A stretch of DNA of 64,000 nt from Kiloniellales bacterium (lineage in GTDB: Bacteria; Pseudomonadota; Alphaproteobacteria; Kiloniellales; JAKSDN01): contig JANQLT010000105.1 of the NCBI GenBank assembly GCA_028280455.1, positions 4,077-68,076 on the forward strand, written 5' to 3'. The notes under the pieces were generated by a model that saw only the letters and a list, made by a program, of their open reading frames with translations, was not told where the DNA came from and searched no databases. Both the position numbers and the translations under genes were made by a program. This document shows, one piece after another, positions 10,060 to 19,033 of this stretch (its first letter is position 1; each line of letters starts with the position of its first letter).

Positions 10060-10698
10060 TCACCAAGGCCGAGCGGCGGGCTCCTTCGCCTGGCTCGGCA
10101 GGACGTCGCCCGGCGCGCCGACGCCGGTCACCCGGACCCGGCCGGCGGGGTCGACCTGCACCTCGGCCTGCGGCAGGTTCTCCAGGTCGGACGGCACATA
10201 GCGGTCGGAGAGGAAGTGGATCTCCTGGTTGCTGGAGCCGAGGAGGCCGTGTCCCTGGTGGCGGGCCGGGACGTAGCGGCCGGCCACCAGCAGGTCGATC
10301 TGATCGAGGCAGGCGCGGCCGACCGGCCCGCGGCCGATCTCCTCGAGGCGGTAGCCGGAGAACACCAGGGTCGAGAGGCCGCTGCCGCCGCGCAGGCCCG
10401 TCAGCAGGGCGAGCAGGGCCTCCGGCTGCTGCAGCGGCTCGCCGCCGCTGATCGTCACGCCCTCGATCGCCGCGGTGTCGCGGAGGATCTCGTCGACCAG
10501 GCCGGCGACCTCGATGTCGCGACCGGCCGTCGGAACGTGGCTCTCCGGGTTGAAGCAGTCCCGGCAGGCCAAGGTGCAGCCCTGGAACCAGATCACCGAC
10601 CGGAGACCCGGCCCGTTGGCCCGGCTGCGGGCGAGCCGGCCGTGCAGGCGCAGGTAGCGCCCGGCCGCCTTCGCGGTGGCTGCCGCCGTCGCGGTCAT
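10060..10698 (-). CDS. Radical SAM protein, NrdG-like 4Fe-4S single-cluster family
   Basis: NGPG.R.VIWFQGCTLACRDCFNP (CxxxCxxC), GVTISGGEPLQQ, DLLVAGRY, GSSNQ; ATGA overlap with upstream gene. Confidence 0.85.
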   Translation of the reverse strand: MTATAAATAKAAGRYLRLHGRLARSRANGPGLRSVIWFQGCTLACRDCFNPESHVPTAGRDIEVAGLVDEILRDTAAIEGVTISGGEPLQQPEALLALLTGLRGGSGLSTLVFSGYRLEEIGRGPVGRACLDQIDLLVAGRYVPARHQGHGLLGSSNQEIHFLSDRYVPSDLENLPQAEVQVDPAGRVRVTGVGAPGDVLPSQAKEPAARPW

Positions 10699-10904
10699 GA
10701 CGCCTGGCTCAGCCTCCGCGTCTGCTCGACCGCCGCGCCCTGACGGAAGCAGTCCTTGTGGCGGCGCTCCAGGACGACGCCGCCGAGGGCCTGCTCCAGT
10801 TGCGCGGTCAGGCTCTCGCAAGCCGGGCCGGTCACGCCATTGACCTCCAGCGCGACGGTCCCGTCCGGCGCGATCGCCACGGTGATCTCCTGAATCTCGG
10901 TCAT
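10695..10904 (-). CDS. DUF2997 family protein
   Basis: 69 aa; ITVAIAPDGTV.LEVNGVTGPACESLTAQLEQALG. Confidence 0.82.
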   Translation of the reverse strand: MTEIQEITVAIAPDGTVALEVNGVTGPACESLTAQLEQALGGVVLERRHKDCFRQGAAVEQTRRLSQAS

Positions 10905-10917
10905 GGCTCCTTCTCCC

Positions 10918-11625
10918 CTAGCGTCCGCTCGCCGTGGCCGTTCCCTCGTCGTCTTCGGCCTCGAGGGGCTGCAACGGGATGAACGCCGGCTCTTCCCTGG
11001 ACTTGGTATCACGAGTCGTCATCTGCGCATCGGCGCGCGCCTTCAGCTTCTCGACGATCTCCGCGTTGGCGTTGGCGCCGGCCGCCGAGGCGCTCGAGGT
11101 CTCGAGCAGCGACTGCGCGGCCGGGCTCATGCCGTGGCCGGCGGCGAACTGGGACAAGGTCTCGAAGGCGCTGGGCTTCGCCGGCGAACCGGTTTTCGGG
11201 CTGCCGAACCAGATGGCGCCGTCGGCGGTCTCCTCCAGCAGGTCCAACCCGCCCGGCAGGGCGGCGACGAGCTGCCGGGCCAGGGCCTTGTGGTCGCCCG
11301 CCTTGAGCAGCCGCTCCATGGCGCCGGGCAGCGACAGGCCCTTGGCGGCGACGAGCTGCTTGAAGCGGGTCGCCTCCAGCTCGAAGAAGCGCTCGGCCGA
11401 GCGCCGGCGCATCGGGCTCAGGACGAAGTGGGCGCCCCAGGCCAGGGCGCCGGCGATCGCCAGGGCGACGAAATCGGGCTTGCCGACGGGCAGGGTGGCG
11501 GCGACGAAGCCGGACAGGCCGATCATCGCCGGCACCACCACGAGCACCTGCCGCCGCTTCTTGTTGCGGCGGCTCATGGCCTTCAGGAAGTCGCGGGCCG
11601 TGGCCTGGAGCTGGAGGTCCGACAA
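10918..11625 (-). CDS. Hypothetical membrane protein (2 TM) within the AAA operon
   Basis: Co-oriented, tightly packed; basic RRNKKRR then two hydrophobic segments; TTG start. Confidence 0.65.
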   Translation of the reverse strand: MSDLQLQATARDFLKAMSRRNKKRRQVLVVVPAMIGLSGFVAATLPVGKPDFVALAIAGALAWGAHFVLSPMRRRSAERFFELEATRFKQLVAAKGLSLPGAMERLLKAGDHKALARQLVAALPGGLDLLEETADGAIWFGSPKTGSPAKPSAFETLSQFAAGHGMSPAAQSLLETSSASAAGANANAEIVEKLKARADAQMTTRDTKSREEPAFIPLQPLEAEDDEGTATASGR

Positions 11626-11635
11626 GGCGCCGCTC

Positions 11636-12043
11636 CTAGGCCATGCGTCGGACGGTGCAGCGGATCGTGCCCTGCTCGTCGATCTCCTCCTGCACCAGGT
11701 CGAAGTCCTGGCCGGCCAGGGTCTCGCGGGTCAGGCGATAGGCGTAGCGCTGGCTGAGCTGGCCGAGCCAGGCCTCGCCGTAGCGCTCGCGGTCGTAGTC
11801 GGAGATGATCGCTTCGAAGCTGCCGTCGGGCCGGCGCGCGAAGCCGATGTCGTTGCTCGCCTGGCCGACGTGACGGCGCCGGATGATCACCTCGGCGCTC
11901 TGCTGCCGGAAGTCGCCGAGCCAGCCGACGAGGGGCTGCGGCGTCTCGTGGACCTCGACGTCGAGGAAGCCGAGATCCGCCAGGGACTCGAGCAGCAGGC
12001 GGGTATCGTGGAGGCGGGTCTGGAGCACGGTGTAGTGGGACAT
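11636..12043 (-). CDS. DUF1257 (Ycf35-like) protein
   Basis: MSHYTVLQTRL, LADLG, SNDIGF...DGSFEAIISDYD, L.QRYAY. Confidence 0.85.
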   Translation of the reverse strand: MSHYTVLQTRLHDTRLLLESLADLGFLDVEVHETPQPLVGWLGDFRQQSAEVIIRRRHVGQASNDIGFARRPDGSFEAIISDYDRERYGEAWLGQLSQRYAYRLTRETLAGQDFDLVQEEIDEQGTIRCTVRRMA

Positions 12044-12054
12044 GGCGTCGGGTC

Positions 12055-12630
12055 CTAGACGGCGTCGCTGCTTTCGCCCCGGCCGTAGGGGTCGAGCGGC
12101 AGGGGCTCGCGGCCTTTCGGCGCCTGCTTCCTCTTGGCCGGCTTGAGGTCGTCGAAGCTGCCGAGCAGGCCGGGGCCGATCTTCGTCGGGCCCGGCAAGC
12201 TGCCGCCGTTTGGCGCTCCGGCGCTGAACTGGATGTTCTCGCCCAGGGCCTTCAGGAGGTCCTTCTCGACCTCGGACTCGCTCTTGACCGTCTTGAGCAG
12301 CAGCAGCGCGTCGCCGTAGTCGCCGCTCGCCAGCGCGAAGGACTCCTGGAAGCGCAGCGCCAGCTTGGCGGCCCGCCGGCTCGAGATCACCTCGTCCAGC
12401 AGGGCGCAGGGGATCAGCGCGACCAGGCCGGCGCCGCAGGCCAGCAGCCCGGCCACGAAGCCGCCGAAGCCGAGCGACTCCGCCAGCAGGCTGTAGGCGA
12501 AGCCGAGGCTGCCCAAACCGGCGACGCAGGCGCAGATCGCCATGCCGATCGCCTGCCGGTTCTTCCGGCGGTCGGCCTCGGCCAACAGGTCGCGGAGCTG
12601 GCCTTTGATCTCTTCAGGTGACTGGGCCAC
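12055..12630 (-). CDS. Hypothetical membrane protein (2 TM) within the AAA operon
   Basis: Co-oriented, 10-11 nt spacers; basic RRKNRQ then two hydrophobic segments; GTG start. Confidence 0.65.
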   Translation of the reverse strand: MAQSPEEIKGQLRDLLAEADRRKNRQAIGMAICACVAGLGSLGFAYSLLAESLGFGGFVAGLLACGAGLVALIPCALLDEVISSRRAAKLALRFQESFALASGDYGDALLLLKTVKSESEVEKDLLKALGENIQFSAGAPNGGSLPGPTKIGPGLLGSFDDLKPAKRKQAPKGREPLPLDPYGRGESSDAV

Positions 12631-12640
12631 GGCCGTCGCC

Positions 12641-14182
12641 TCAGGCCGGCGAGACTTGCAGCGGCAGGGTCTCGACCGCCGCTTCCGGCCGGTCGGGCTT
12701 CGAGGCCGACTGCGCCCGGCCCTCGATGACCCAGCTTCGCAGGTACTGGATGTGCTCGCGCTGGGCGCGGCTCATCGGCACCAGGTGGTGCAGGGCGGCC
12801 TCGATGTCCGCGTCCGTCATCTCGCGGCCGAAGCTCTTCGGGTCGCTGTAGGCCCGGAACAGGCCGTCGATCACGCTCTGCTCGATCTCGGCGCCGACGT
12901 AGCCCTCGGCGGCGCGGGCCAGGGCCTCGAGGTCGAAGTCGTCGGGGTTGCGGCCGTGCTTGCGCAGGTGGACCGCGAAGATCGCCACGCGCTCGGTCTG
13001 GTTGGGCAGGTCGAGGAAGAAGATCTCGTCGAAGCGGCCGCGCCGCAGCAGCTCCGGCGGCATGCGCTCGATGTCGTTGGCGGTGGCGACGATGAAGATC
13101 GGCCGCTTCTTGTCCTGCATCCAGGTCAGCAGGCTACCGAGCACGCGCCGTCCGGTGCCGCCGTCGCCATCGCCGACCGACAGCGCCTTCTCCATCTCGT
13201 CGATCCAGAGCACGCAGGGCGCCACGGCCTCGACGAGCTGCAGCGCCTTGCGCGTGTTGGCCTCGGACTCGCCGACCAGGCCGCCGAACAGCGCGCCGAC
13301 GTCGAGGCGGATCAGCGGCAGTTGCCAGAGGCTGGCGACCATCTTGGCGGAGAGCGACTTGCCGCTGCCCGGGATGCCGATCAGGGCCATGCCCTTGGGC
13401 GAGGGCAGGCCGTAGGCGCGGGCCTCCTCCGTGAAGGCCAGCTCGCGCTGCCGCAGCCAGTTCTTCAGGACCTCCAGGCCGCCGACGTCGTCGATCGTCT
13501 CGCTCACCACGGAGAACTCGAGGGCGCCGGAATCGCGGATGATCTCGCGCTTCTCCTGGGCCACCACCTCGAGGTCGCTCTCGTCGAGCACACCGCCGGT
13601 GATCAGCGCCTTGGAGAAGACCCTCTGCGCCTGGTTGGCGGAGAGCCCGAGGGCCAGATCGATCAGCCGCTTGCGGCTGCGCTGGTCGAGCTCGACGCGC
13701 ACGCCGGGCGTCTTCTCCAGGTGCTGCAGGATGGCCTCCAGCTCGCCCTCGTCGGGCGGCGGCACGTCGATGACGACGGCGTCGTCCTTCAGCTCCTCGG
13801 GCAGGCTGCCGCTCGGCGCCGAGACGATGATCGAGCTGCGGGTGTACTTCAGCGCCTGGGCGACGTTGCGCAGCTTTCGGATGACCTGCGGCTGGTTCTT
13901 CCAGCACTGGTGGAAGTCGCGCAGCAGGTAGAGGCTCTCGCCCTGGCTCTTCTCGATGGCTTCGAGGGCGGAGAGCGGGTCGCGCGCCGCCTGCGGCTCG
14001 GGCTCGCTGCCGACCACCTTGCGGAAGTGGTCCGCGTGGTCCCAGAGGAAGAGCGAGCGCTTGGAGCGTTGGCAGAGCCGGCCGAGCAGCTCGAGCATGC
14101 GCCCGTCCTCGCCGGTCGCCAGCAGCAGCAAGGTGACGCGGGCGCGCAGGCAGACGTCGATGTCTCTGCTGAGATCGCTCAT
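12641..14182 (-). CDS. AAA+ ATPase, Ycf46/SpoVK-like
   Basis: Degenerate N-terminal AAA (LLRDFH), DVGGLEVLKNWL, Walker A GIPGSGKS, Walker B LWIDEMEK, ATAN, PPELLRRGRFDEIFFLDLP. Confidence 0.92.
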   Translation of the reverse strand: MSDLSRDIDVCLRARVTLLLLATGEDGRMLELLGRLCQRSKRSLFLWDHADHFRKVVGSEPEPQAARDPLSALEAIEKSQGESLYLLRDFHQCWKNQPQVIRKLRNVAQALKYTRSSIIVSAPSGSLPEELKDDAVVIDVPPPDEGELEAILQHLEKTPGVRVELDQRSRKRLIDLALGLSANQAQRVFSKALITGGVLDESDLEVVAQEKREIIRDSGALEFSVVSETIDDVGGLEVLKNWLRQRELAFTEEARAYGLPSPKGMALIGIPGSGKSLSAKMVASLWQLPLIRLDVGALFGGLVGESEANTRKALQLVEAVAPCVLWIDEMEKALSVGDGDGGTGRRVLGSLLTWMQDKKRPIFIVATANDIERMPPELLRRGRFDEIFFLDLPNQTERVAIFAVHLRKHGRNPDDFDLEALARAAEGYVGAEIEQSVIDGLFRAYSDPKSFGREMTDADIEAALHHLVPMSRAQREHIQYLRSWVIEGRAQSASKPDRPEAAVETLPLQVSPA

Positions 14183-14327
14183 GGCAAGGGCTGGTCCGCT
14201 GAGTCTCGCGCCCTTGAAGTCATAGCAGGGCGCCGTAAAGGACCCCTTAAGGGTGATCTCCCAGGGCCGGAAAGGACTGGCGGTGCGCACGCGGGCGCGG
14301 GAAGCTGTCGGCCAGGGAGGCAAAGCC

Positions 14328-15257
14328 ATGGATCAGCAGCAGAAGCCCGGCCGCGACTTCGTCGGCTACGGCGGCCGGCCGCCCGATCCGGCCTGGCCGG
14401 GCGGCGCGCGGCTCGCCGTCAACCTCGTGCTCAACTACGAGGAAGGCGCCGAGTACAGCCTGGGCGAGGGCGACGGGATCGCCGAGTCCGTGCTCTCGGA
14501 CCTGGCCGCCGCGCCGCCGATCGAAGGCGGCCGCAACCTCAACATCGAATCGCTCTACGAGTACGGCAGCCGGGTCGGCTTCTGGCGCATCCTCGAGCTG
14601 TTCCGGGAGCGCGCGCTGCCCTTCACGGTCAACGCGGTGGGCCGGGCCCTGGAGCTGAACCCGCGGGCCGCCGCGGCCATCGCCGAGGCCGATGCCGACG
14701 TGCAGTCGCACGGCTGGCGCTGGATCGACTATCACGCGGTCCCCGAGGACGTCGAGCGCGAGCACATCGCGCAATGCGTCGAGACCATCGAGCGGCTGGT
14801 CGGCGCGCCGCCGCTCGGCTGGTACACCGGCCGGCCGAGCCCTAACACCCGGCGCCTGGTCGTCGAGCATGGCGGCTTCCTCTACGATTCCGACGCCTAC
14901 AACGACGACCTGCCCTATTGGACGACGGACTACGGCCGGCCCCACCTGATCCTGCCCTACAGCCTGGACTGCAACGACAGCCGCTGCGCCCGCAATCAGG
15001 GCTTCGACCATGCCGACGACTTCTTCGTCTTCATGCGCGACGTCTTCGATTGGCTCTACCGGGAAGGCGAGAAGACGCCGCGCATGATGTCGGTCGGCCT
15101 GCACTGCCGGCTGATCGGCCGGCCGGGGCGGATCGCCGGCCTGGCGCGCTTCCTCGACTACCTGATGGCCCACGACAAGGTCTGGATCTGCAAGCGCCTC
15201 GAGATCGCCCGACACTGGCTGGAGCATCACCCACCAAGGCCGCAACACTCGGACTAA
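14328..15257 (+). CDS. puuE: Allantoinase PuuE / polysaccharide deacetylase family
   Basis: RDFVGYG..PP...WPGGARLAVNLVLNYEEGAE, ESLYEYGSRVGFWR, HGWRWI, MMSVGLHCRLIGRPGR. Confidence 0.8.
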   Translation: MDQQQKPGRDFVGYGGRPPDPAWPGGARLAVNLVLNYEEGAEYSLGEGDGIAESVLSDLAAAPPIEGGRNLNIESLYEYGSRVGFWRILELFRERALPFTVNAVGRALELNPRAAAAIAEADADVQSHGWRWIDYHAVPEDVEREHIAQCVETIERLVGAPPLGWYTGRPSPNTRRLVVEHGGFLYDSDAYNDDLPYWTTDYGRPHLILPYSLDCNDSRCARNQGFDHADDFFVFMRDVFDWLYREGEKTPRMMSVGLHCRLIGRPGRIAGLARFLDYLMAHDKVWICKRLEIARHWLEHHPPRPQHSD

Positions 15258-15354
15258 TCCTCCGATCGAGGACCAATGGCAGAGCCGCTGGGCCGTTGCG
15301 CCCGGCCTTGCCTCTGCGCATGATCTCCGGGAATCGCCGGAGAAAGGCAAAGCC

Positions 15355-15651
15355 ATGAGCAAAATCGCTCTCGCCGTGACCCTGACGCTCGCCCCGGGCC
15401 AGCGCGATCGCTTCCTGGAGCGGGTCCGCCAGCAGCGGGAAACCTGCCTCGAGCTGGAGCCAGGCTGTATCCAGTTCGATATTCTGGTGCCGGAGGAGGA
15501 GGAGAACGAAGTGCTCCTCTACGAGGTCTATGCCGACGACGACGCCGTCGAGACCCACCTCGCGACCAGCCACATGAAGGAATACCTCGAAGAGACCGGC
15601 CCCTGGGTCGTCGACCGCCACCGGCGGCGCTGCAAGCTGCTCGACGACTGA
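15355..15651 (+). CDS. ABM-family (putative quinol monooxygenase/LsrG-like) protein
   Basis: EPGCIQFD, LYEVYAD..A...H..T.H. Confidence 0.82.
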   Translation: MSKIALAVTLTLAPGQRDRFLERVRQQRETCLELEPGCIQFDILVPEEEENEVLLYEVYADDDAVETHLATSHMKEYLEETGPWVVDRHRRRCKLLDD

Positions 15652-15812
15652 CCGCTGGCCGGCCGGTCGGGCCGGCCGGACCGGCTCGGGCCGGGAGGTG
15701 TCATCGCCGGCCGGCGGGCGCCCGGCCCCTTGGGCGCCTCGGGGCGTACGTGCTACCAGGCAGGAGAGCCTGAGCCGGGCTTTCGAGAACAGCCGTCTCT
15801 ACGAGGTCCGTC

Positions 15813-16886
15813 ATGGTGCGACCGCCGCGTCCGCAGCCCCAAGACCCCTTGGTTCGCGCCAAGGTCGAGGTCGGCAGTGCCGGTGACCTCGCCGAGCACA
15901 CGCTGTCCGTCTGCTTCGAGGAGGCGCTCAACCGGCCCGGCCGCTGCCGCCTGCTGCTGGACGACTGGGGCCCCGACGGCTTCCGCTTCTCCGAGACGCC
16001 GGCCGTCGACTTCGCCGTCCCGCTGGCTCTCGAGCTGAGCGGCGCCAGCGGCAACCTGGAGCCGGTATTCCAAGGCAGGATCTACGCGCTCGGCCGACGC
16101 CTGGAATGGCAGCAGACGCCGACGCTCGCGCTCGAGGCCTTCGATCCCCTGCAGTCCCTCGCCATGACCCGGCGCAGCCGGCATTTCGAGGAGCTGCCGA
16201 TCGCCGATATCCTCGGCCAGGTCGCCGCCGACCACGGCCTGACGGCGTCGGTCGATCTCGATGCCGCGGTGCCGGGCAGCGTGGTGCAGGCGAACGAGAG
16301 CGACCTCGACTTCGTCGTCCGGCTGCTCGCGGCGGAGGACGCCGAGCTCTGGGTCGAGGGCAGCGTCTTGCATGTCGCCCGCCATACGCAGCGGCCCGGC
16401 GCGACCCTGGAGCTACGGAGCGAGCGCGACCTCTTCGACCTGAGCATCGACGCGACGCTCGCCGGCCAGCGCGAGCGGCTCAGCGTCCATGGCTGGGACA
16501 TGCGGGCCAAGGAGGCCGTCGTGGCCTCGGCCGATCCGACGGACCTGGCCGACGAGCTGGACGGCGGCTTGAGCGGCGGCGCGCTGCTCGGCCACGCGGC
16601 GGCCGAGGCGGCGGAAGAGCATCTGGTCCACAGACTCGCGGACGGCCAGGTCTCGGCCGGCGCGCTGGCGAGCGCGCGCTACGCCCGGCTGTCCCGCCGC
16701 TTCGTGACGCTCCGGGCGACCGCGCGCGGCCAGGCCGGCCTGCGGGTCGGCACGAAGATCGATCTGGTCGGCGCCGGCCTGCGCTTCGACGGCCGCTACG
16801 TGATCGCCGCCGTCAGCCACCGGGTCGATCCGGACGAGGGATACCGTTGCGACATCGAAGCCAGACGAAGCGGGGTCGAGCGATGA
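15813..16886 (+). CDS. Phage late control D (gpD/gp27-like hub; VgrG/Afp8 N-terminal part) of a contractile injection system
   Basis: Q.NESDLDF..RL, V.GWD...KE, GLRFDGRYVI..VSHR. Confidence 0.8.
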   Translation: MVRPPRPQPQDPLVRAKVEVGSAGDLAEHTLSVCFEEALNRPGRCRLLLDDWGPDGFRFSETPAVDFAVPLALELSGASGNLEPVFQGRIYALGRRLEWQQTPTLALEAFDPLQSLAMTRRSRHFEELPIADILGQVAADHGLTASVDLDAAVPGSVVQANESDLDFVVRLLAAEDAELWVEGSVLHVARHTQRPGATLELRSERDLFDLSIDATLAGQRERLSVHGWDMRAKEAVVASADPTDLADELDGGLSGGALLGHAAAEAAEEHLVHRLADGQVSAGALASARYARLSRRFVTLRATARGQAGLRVGTKIDLVGAGLRFDGRYVIAAVSHRVDPDEGYRCDIEARRSGVER

Positions 16887-17593
16887 GCGAAGTGATGCAG
16901 AGCGAACAGCCGAGGTCGCAGGAGCGCACGGCCCAGGACCTGGGCGGCCTGTTCTACGGCGTCTATCCGGCGCTGGTGGTCGAGGCCGACGACCCCGAGC
17001 AGCTCGGCCGGGTCAAGCTGCGCTTCCCCTGGCTGTCGGCCGACGGCGGCCCGGAGGTCTGGGCGCGCCTGGCGAGCCTCGCCTCCGGCGACCGCAGCGG
17101 CGCCTGGTTCCCGCCTGAAGTCGACTCGGAGGTGCTGGTCGCCTTCGAGGCCGGCGACGTGGCGCGGCCCTACGTCATCGGCCAGCTCTGGAACGGCCGG
17201 GAGCGGCCGCCCTCGACGGACATCAAGCAGGGCCAGGAGACGCAGGTCCTCAGCACGCCCAGGGGCACGCGCATCGTCTTCGACGAGGTGGCCGAGGGCG
17301 GCAGCCTGCGTCTGGAGACGGCGGACGGCCAGCGGGTCTTCCTCTCCGACGAGCCGGACGGCCTGCTGATCGAGGACTCCGGCGGCGCCAAGGTCACCCT
17401 CAAGGACGGCAGCGTCGAGGTGGTCAGCGCCGGCACGATCACCCTGTCGGCGGCGCAGATCGACCTGAAGGCCGGCGCGGCCAAGGTCGAGACGGCGCTG
17501 CTGGCGGTCTCCGGCATCGTCAAATGCACGGTCCTGCAGACCGAGACCGTGGTCGCCACGACCTACACGCCGGGCGCCGGCAACGTCTGGTGA
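16883..17593 (+). CDS. Baseplate assembly protein V / gp5 OB-fold spike of a contractile injection system
   Basis: GVYPALV..DDPEQLGRVKLRFPWL, WARL, G.WFPPEVDSEVLVAFEAGD..RPYVIGQLWNG, C-terminal YTPGAGNVW; ATGA overlap. Confidence 0.87.
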   Translation: MSEVMQSEQPRSQERTAQDLGGLFYGVYPALVVEADDPEQLGRVKLRFPWLSADGGPEVWARLASLASGDRSGAWFPPEVDSEVLVAFEAGDVARPYVIGQLWNGRERPPSTDIKQGQETQVLSTPRGTRIVFDEVAEGGSLRLETADGQRVFLSDEPDGLLIEDSGGAKVTLKDGSVEVVSAGTITLSAAQIDLKAGAAKVETALLAVSGIVKCTVLQTETVVATTYTPGAGNVW

Positions 17594-17603
17594 GGGGAGG
17601 CGT

Positions 17604-18767
17604 CTAGGCGGTCTTGAAGCGCGACCACTCGGCCTCGTAGGCCTTGCGGTGGGTCGGCCAGCGCTGCTGCCAGACGCCGCCCATCTCGAAGCGCAGGCGG
17701 CCGCCGCTGTCGATGGCCTGCAGGCGGACGGCCTCGTCGGCGGTGAAGTCCTCGCTGTTCTCTTCCAGGTACTTGAGCGCCGCGGGATTGGTCATGGCGC
17801 CGCGGGCCAGAGCGAGCCTGGCGCCGTACCAGCCGCCCAGCAGGAAGTCGATCAGGTCGTAGAGCGCTTCCTCGGCCTCGGGCTCGCGCTCCGGCGCGGC
17901 CACGATGGAGGCGGTCAGCGCCCAGAGCAGGTAACCCTCGACGGGTGCCGCCTGCACCGCGTTCACGCCGCCGCTTTGGGCCATCGGCAAGAGGGCCACG
18001 GGGCACTCGATGGCGACCACCTCCTTGCTCAGCAGCAGCTTCAGCGCCTCTTCCTGGCTGGCCCAGAGCGTGCGGAACTGGCCCTGCCGCTTCTGGTCGA
18101 TCAGGAAGTCGACCACGCTGCGGATCTCGCCCGGCTGCAGGTCGCCGGGGTCCTCGATCGGCGCCAGGCCGCTCTCCTTGAGGTAGAGCGCGGTCTTGTG
18201 GCCCGTGTTGATCATGTCGTCCTGGATCGCCACCCGGCCGCGCCACTGCGGATCGAAGAGCGCGGCGTAGGTCTCGAGCTTGCCGGTCGCCTCCGGCAGG
18301 TAGAGGAAGGACTCGGCCTGCAGCAGGGTCGGCACGCCGAAGACCTGCTCCTCCCGGCCGATCAGGCGGAAGCCCGGCCGCTCGGGCGCGAAGTAGTCCC
18401 GGATGTAGTCGTTGTCCTGCCAGGCGGTCAGGCGCTCGACGTCGATCGGCTCGACCAGGCGGTTGTCGGCCAGGACCGGGACCAGGCCACCCACGGCATG
18501 CAGCAGATCGAGGCCGCCGCCGGCCGCTTCCAGCGACAGGAGCTGCCGGATCGCCTGGGGCGCGTCGCTGATGGTCAGGGCCTCGACGGACCAGCCGGTC
18601 TGCTCGGCGAAGCGCGCCCAGCCGTCGCCGGGGTCGCCCGGCGGGCTGCCCGCCAGCCGCAGGCGCCGCTCCGGTCGCGTGGGGGCCGGCTGGGCGGCCC
18701 AGGCCGGCATCGCGCTGCCGGCCAGCAGCAGGCCCAAGAGGCGGCGGCGGGATAGGGGCATGGGCAT
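17604..18767 (-). CDS. PotD/PotF-like extracellular solute-binding protein with Tat signal
   Basis: SRRRLL signal; FGVP, LFDPQWRGRVAI, PVEGY..W. Confidence 0.75.
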   Translation of the reverse strand: MPMPLSRRRLLGLLLAGSAMPAWAAQPAPTRPERRLRLAGSPPGDPGDGWARFAEQTGWSVEALTISDAPQAIRQLLSLEAAGGGLDLLHAVGGLVPVLADNRLVEPIDVERLTAWQDNDYIRDYFAPERPGFRLIGREEQVFGVPTLLQAESFLYLPEATGKLETYAALFDPQWRGRVAIQDDMINTGHKTALYLKESGLAPIEDPGDLQPGEIRSVVDFLIDQKRQGQFRTLWASQEEALKLLLSKEVVAIECPVALLPMAQSGGVNAVQAAPVEGYLLWALTASIVAAPEREPEAEEALYDLIDFLLGGWYGARLALARGAMTNPAALKYLEENSEDFTADEAVRLQAIDSGGRLRFEMGGVWQQRWPTHRKAYEAEWSRFKTA

Positions 18768-19033
18768 ATGTCCGGCTGGCTGCTTTCGGGGCTGACGGAG
18801 GCGGCGCCGATGGATTGGCGTTGGAGCGAGAGTGGCACGCGGCGGCGCGGCGCGACAGGCCACCCGGGGCAACTGACACAGCCATGCCACGATACCTTGC
18901 CCATCCCGGCCACCGCGTGAAAAGGGCGTCCATTACAAGTTGTTAAGCTGATCTTGAAAGCACCGGAATTCTGCCCTACATCGGCGCCCGAGGTGATTCG
19001 GCCAGCCCAGATCGGAGGCCCTGCGAGACGGCC

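Noticed and set aside
10060-10698. nrdG (anaerobic ribonucleotide reductase activase)
   Set aside because: No nrdD nearby; coupled instead to the DUF2997/DUF1257/AAA operon, so the symbol was withheld
16106-17593. 495-aa ORF suggesting an extended spike protein
   Set aside because: The Arg/Gly-rich N-terminus is an alternate frame of gpD; the real start is ATG 16883
15813-17593. Prophage
   Set aside because: No integrase, terminase, capsid, lysis genes or att-like repeats seen; GC matches the host
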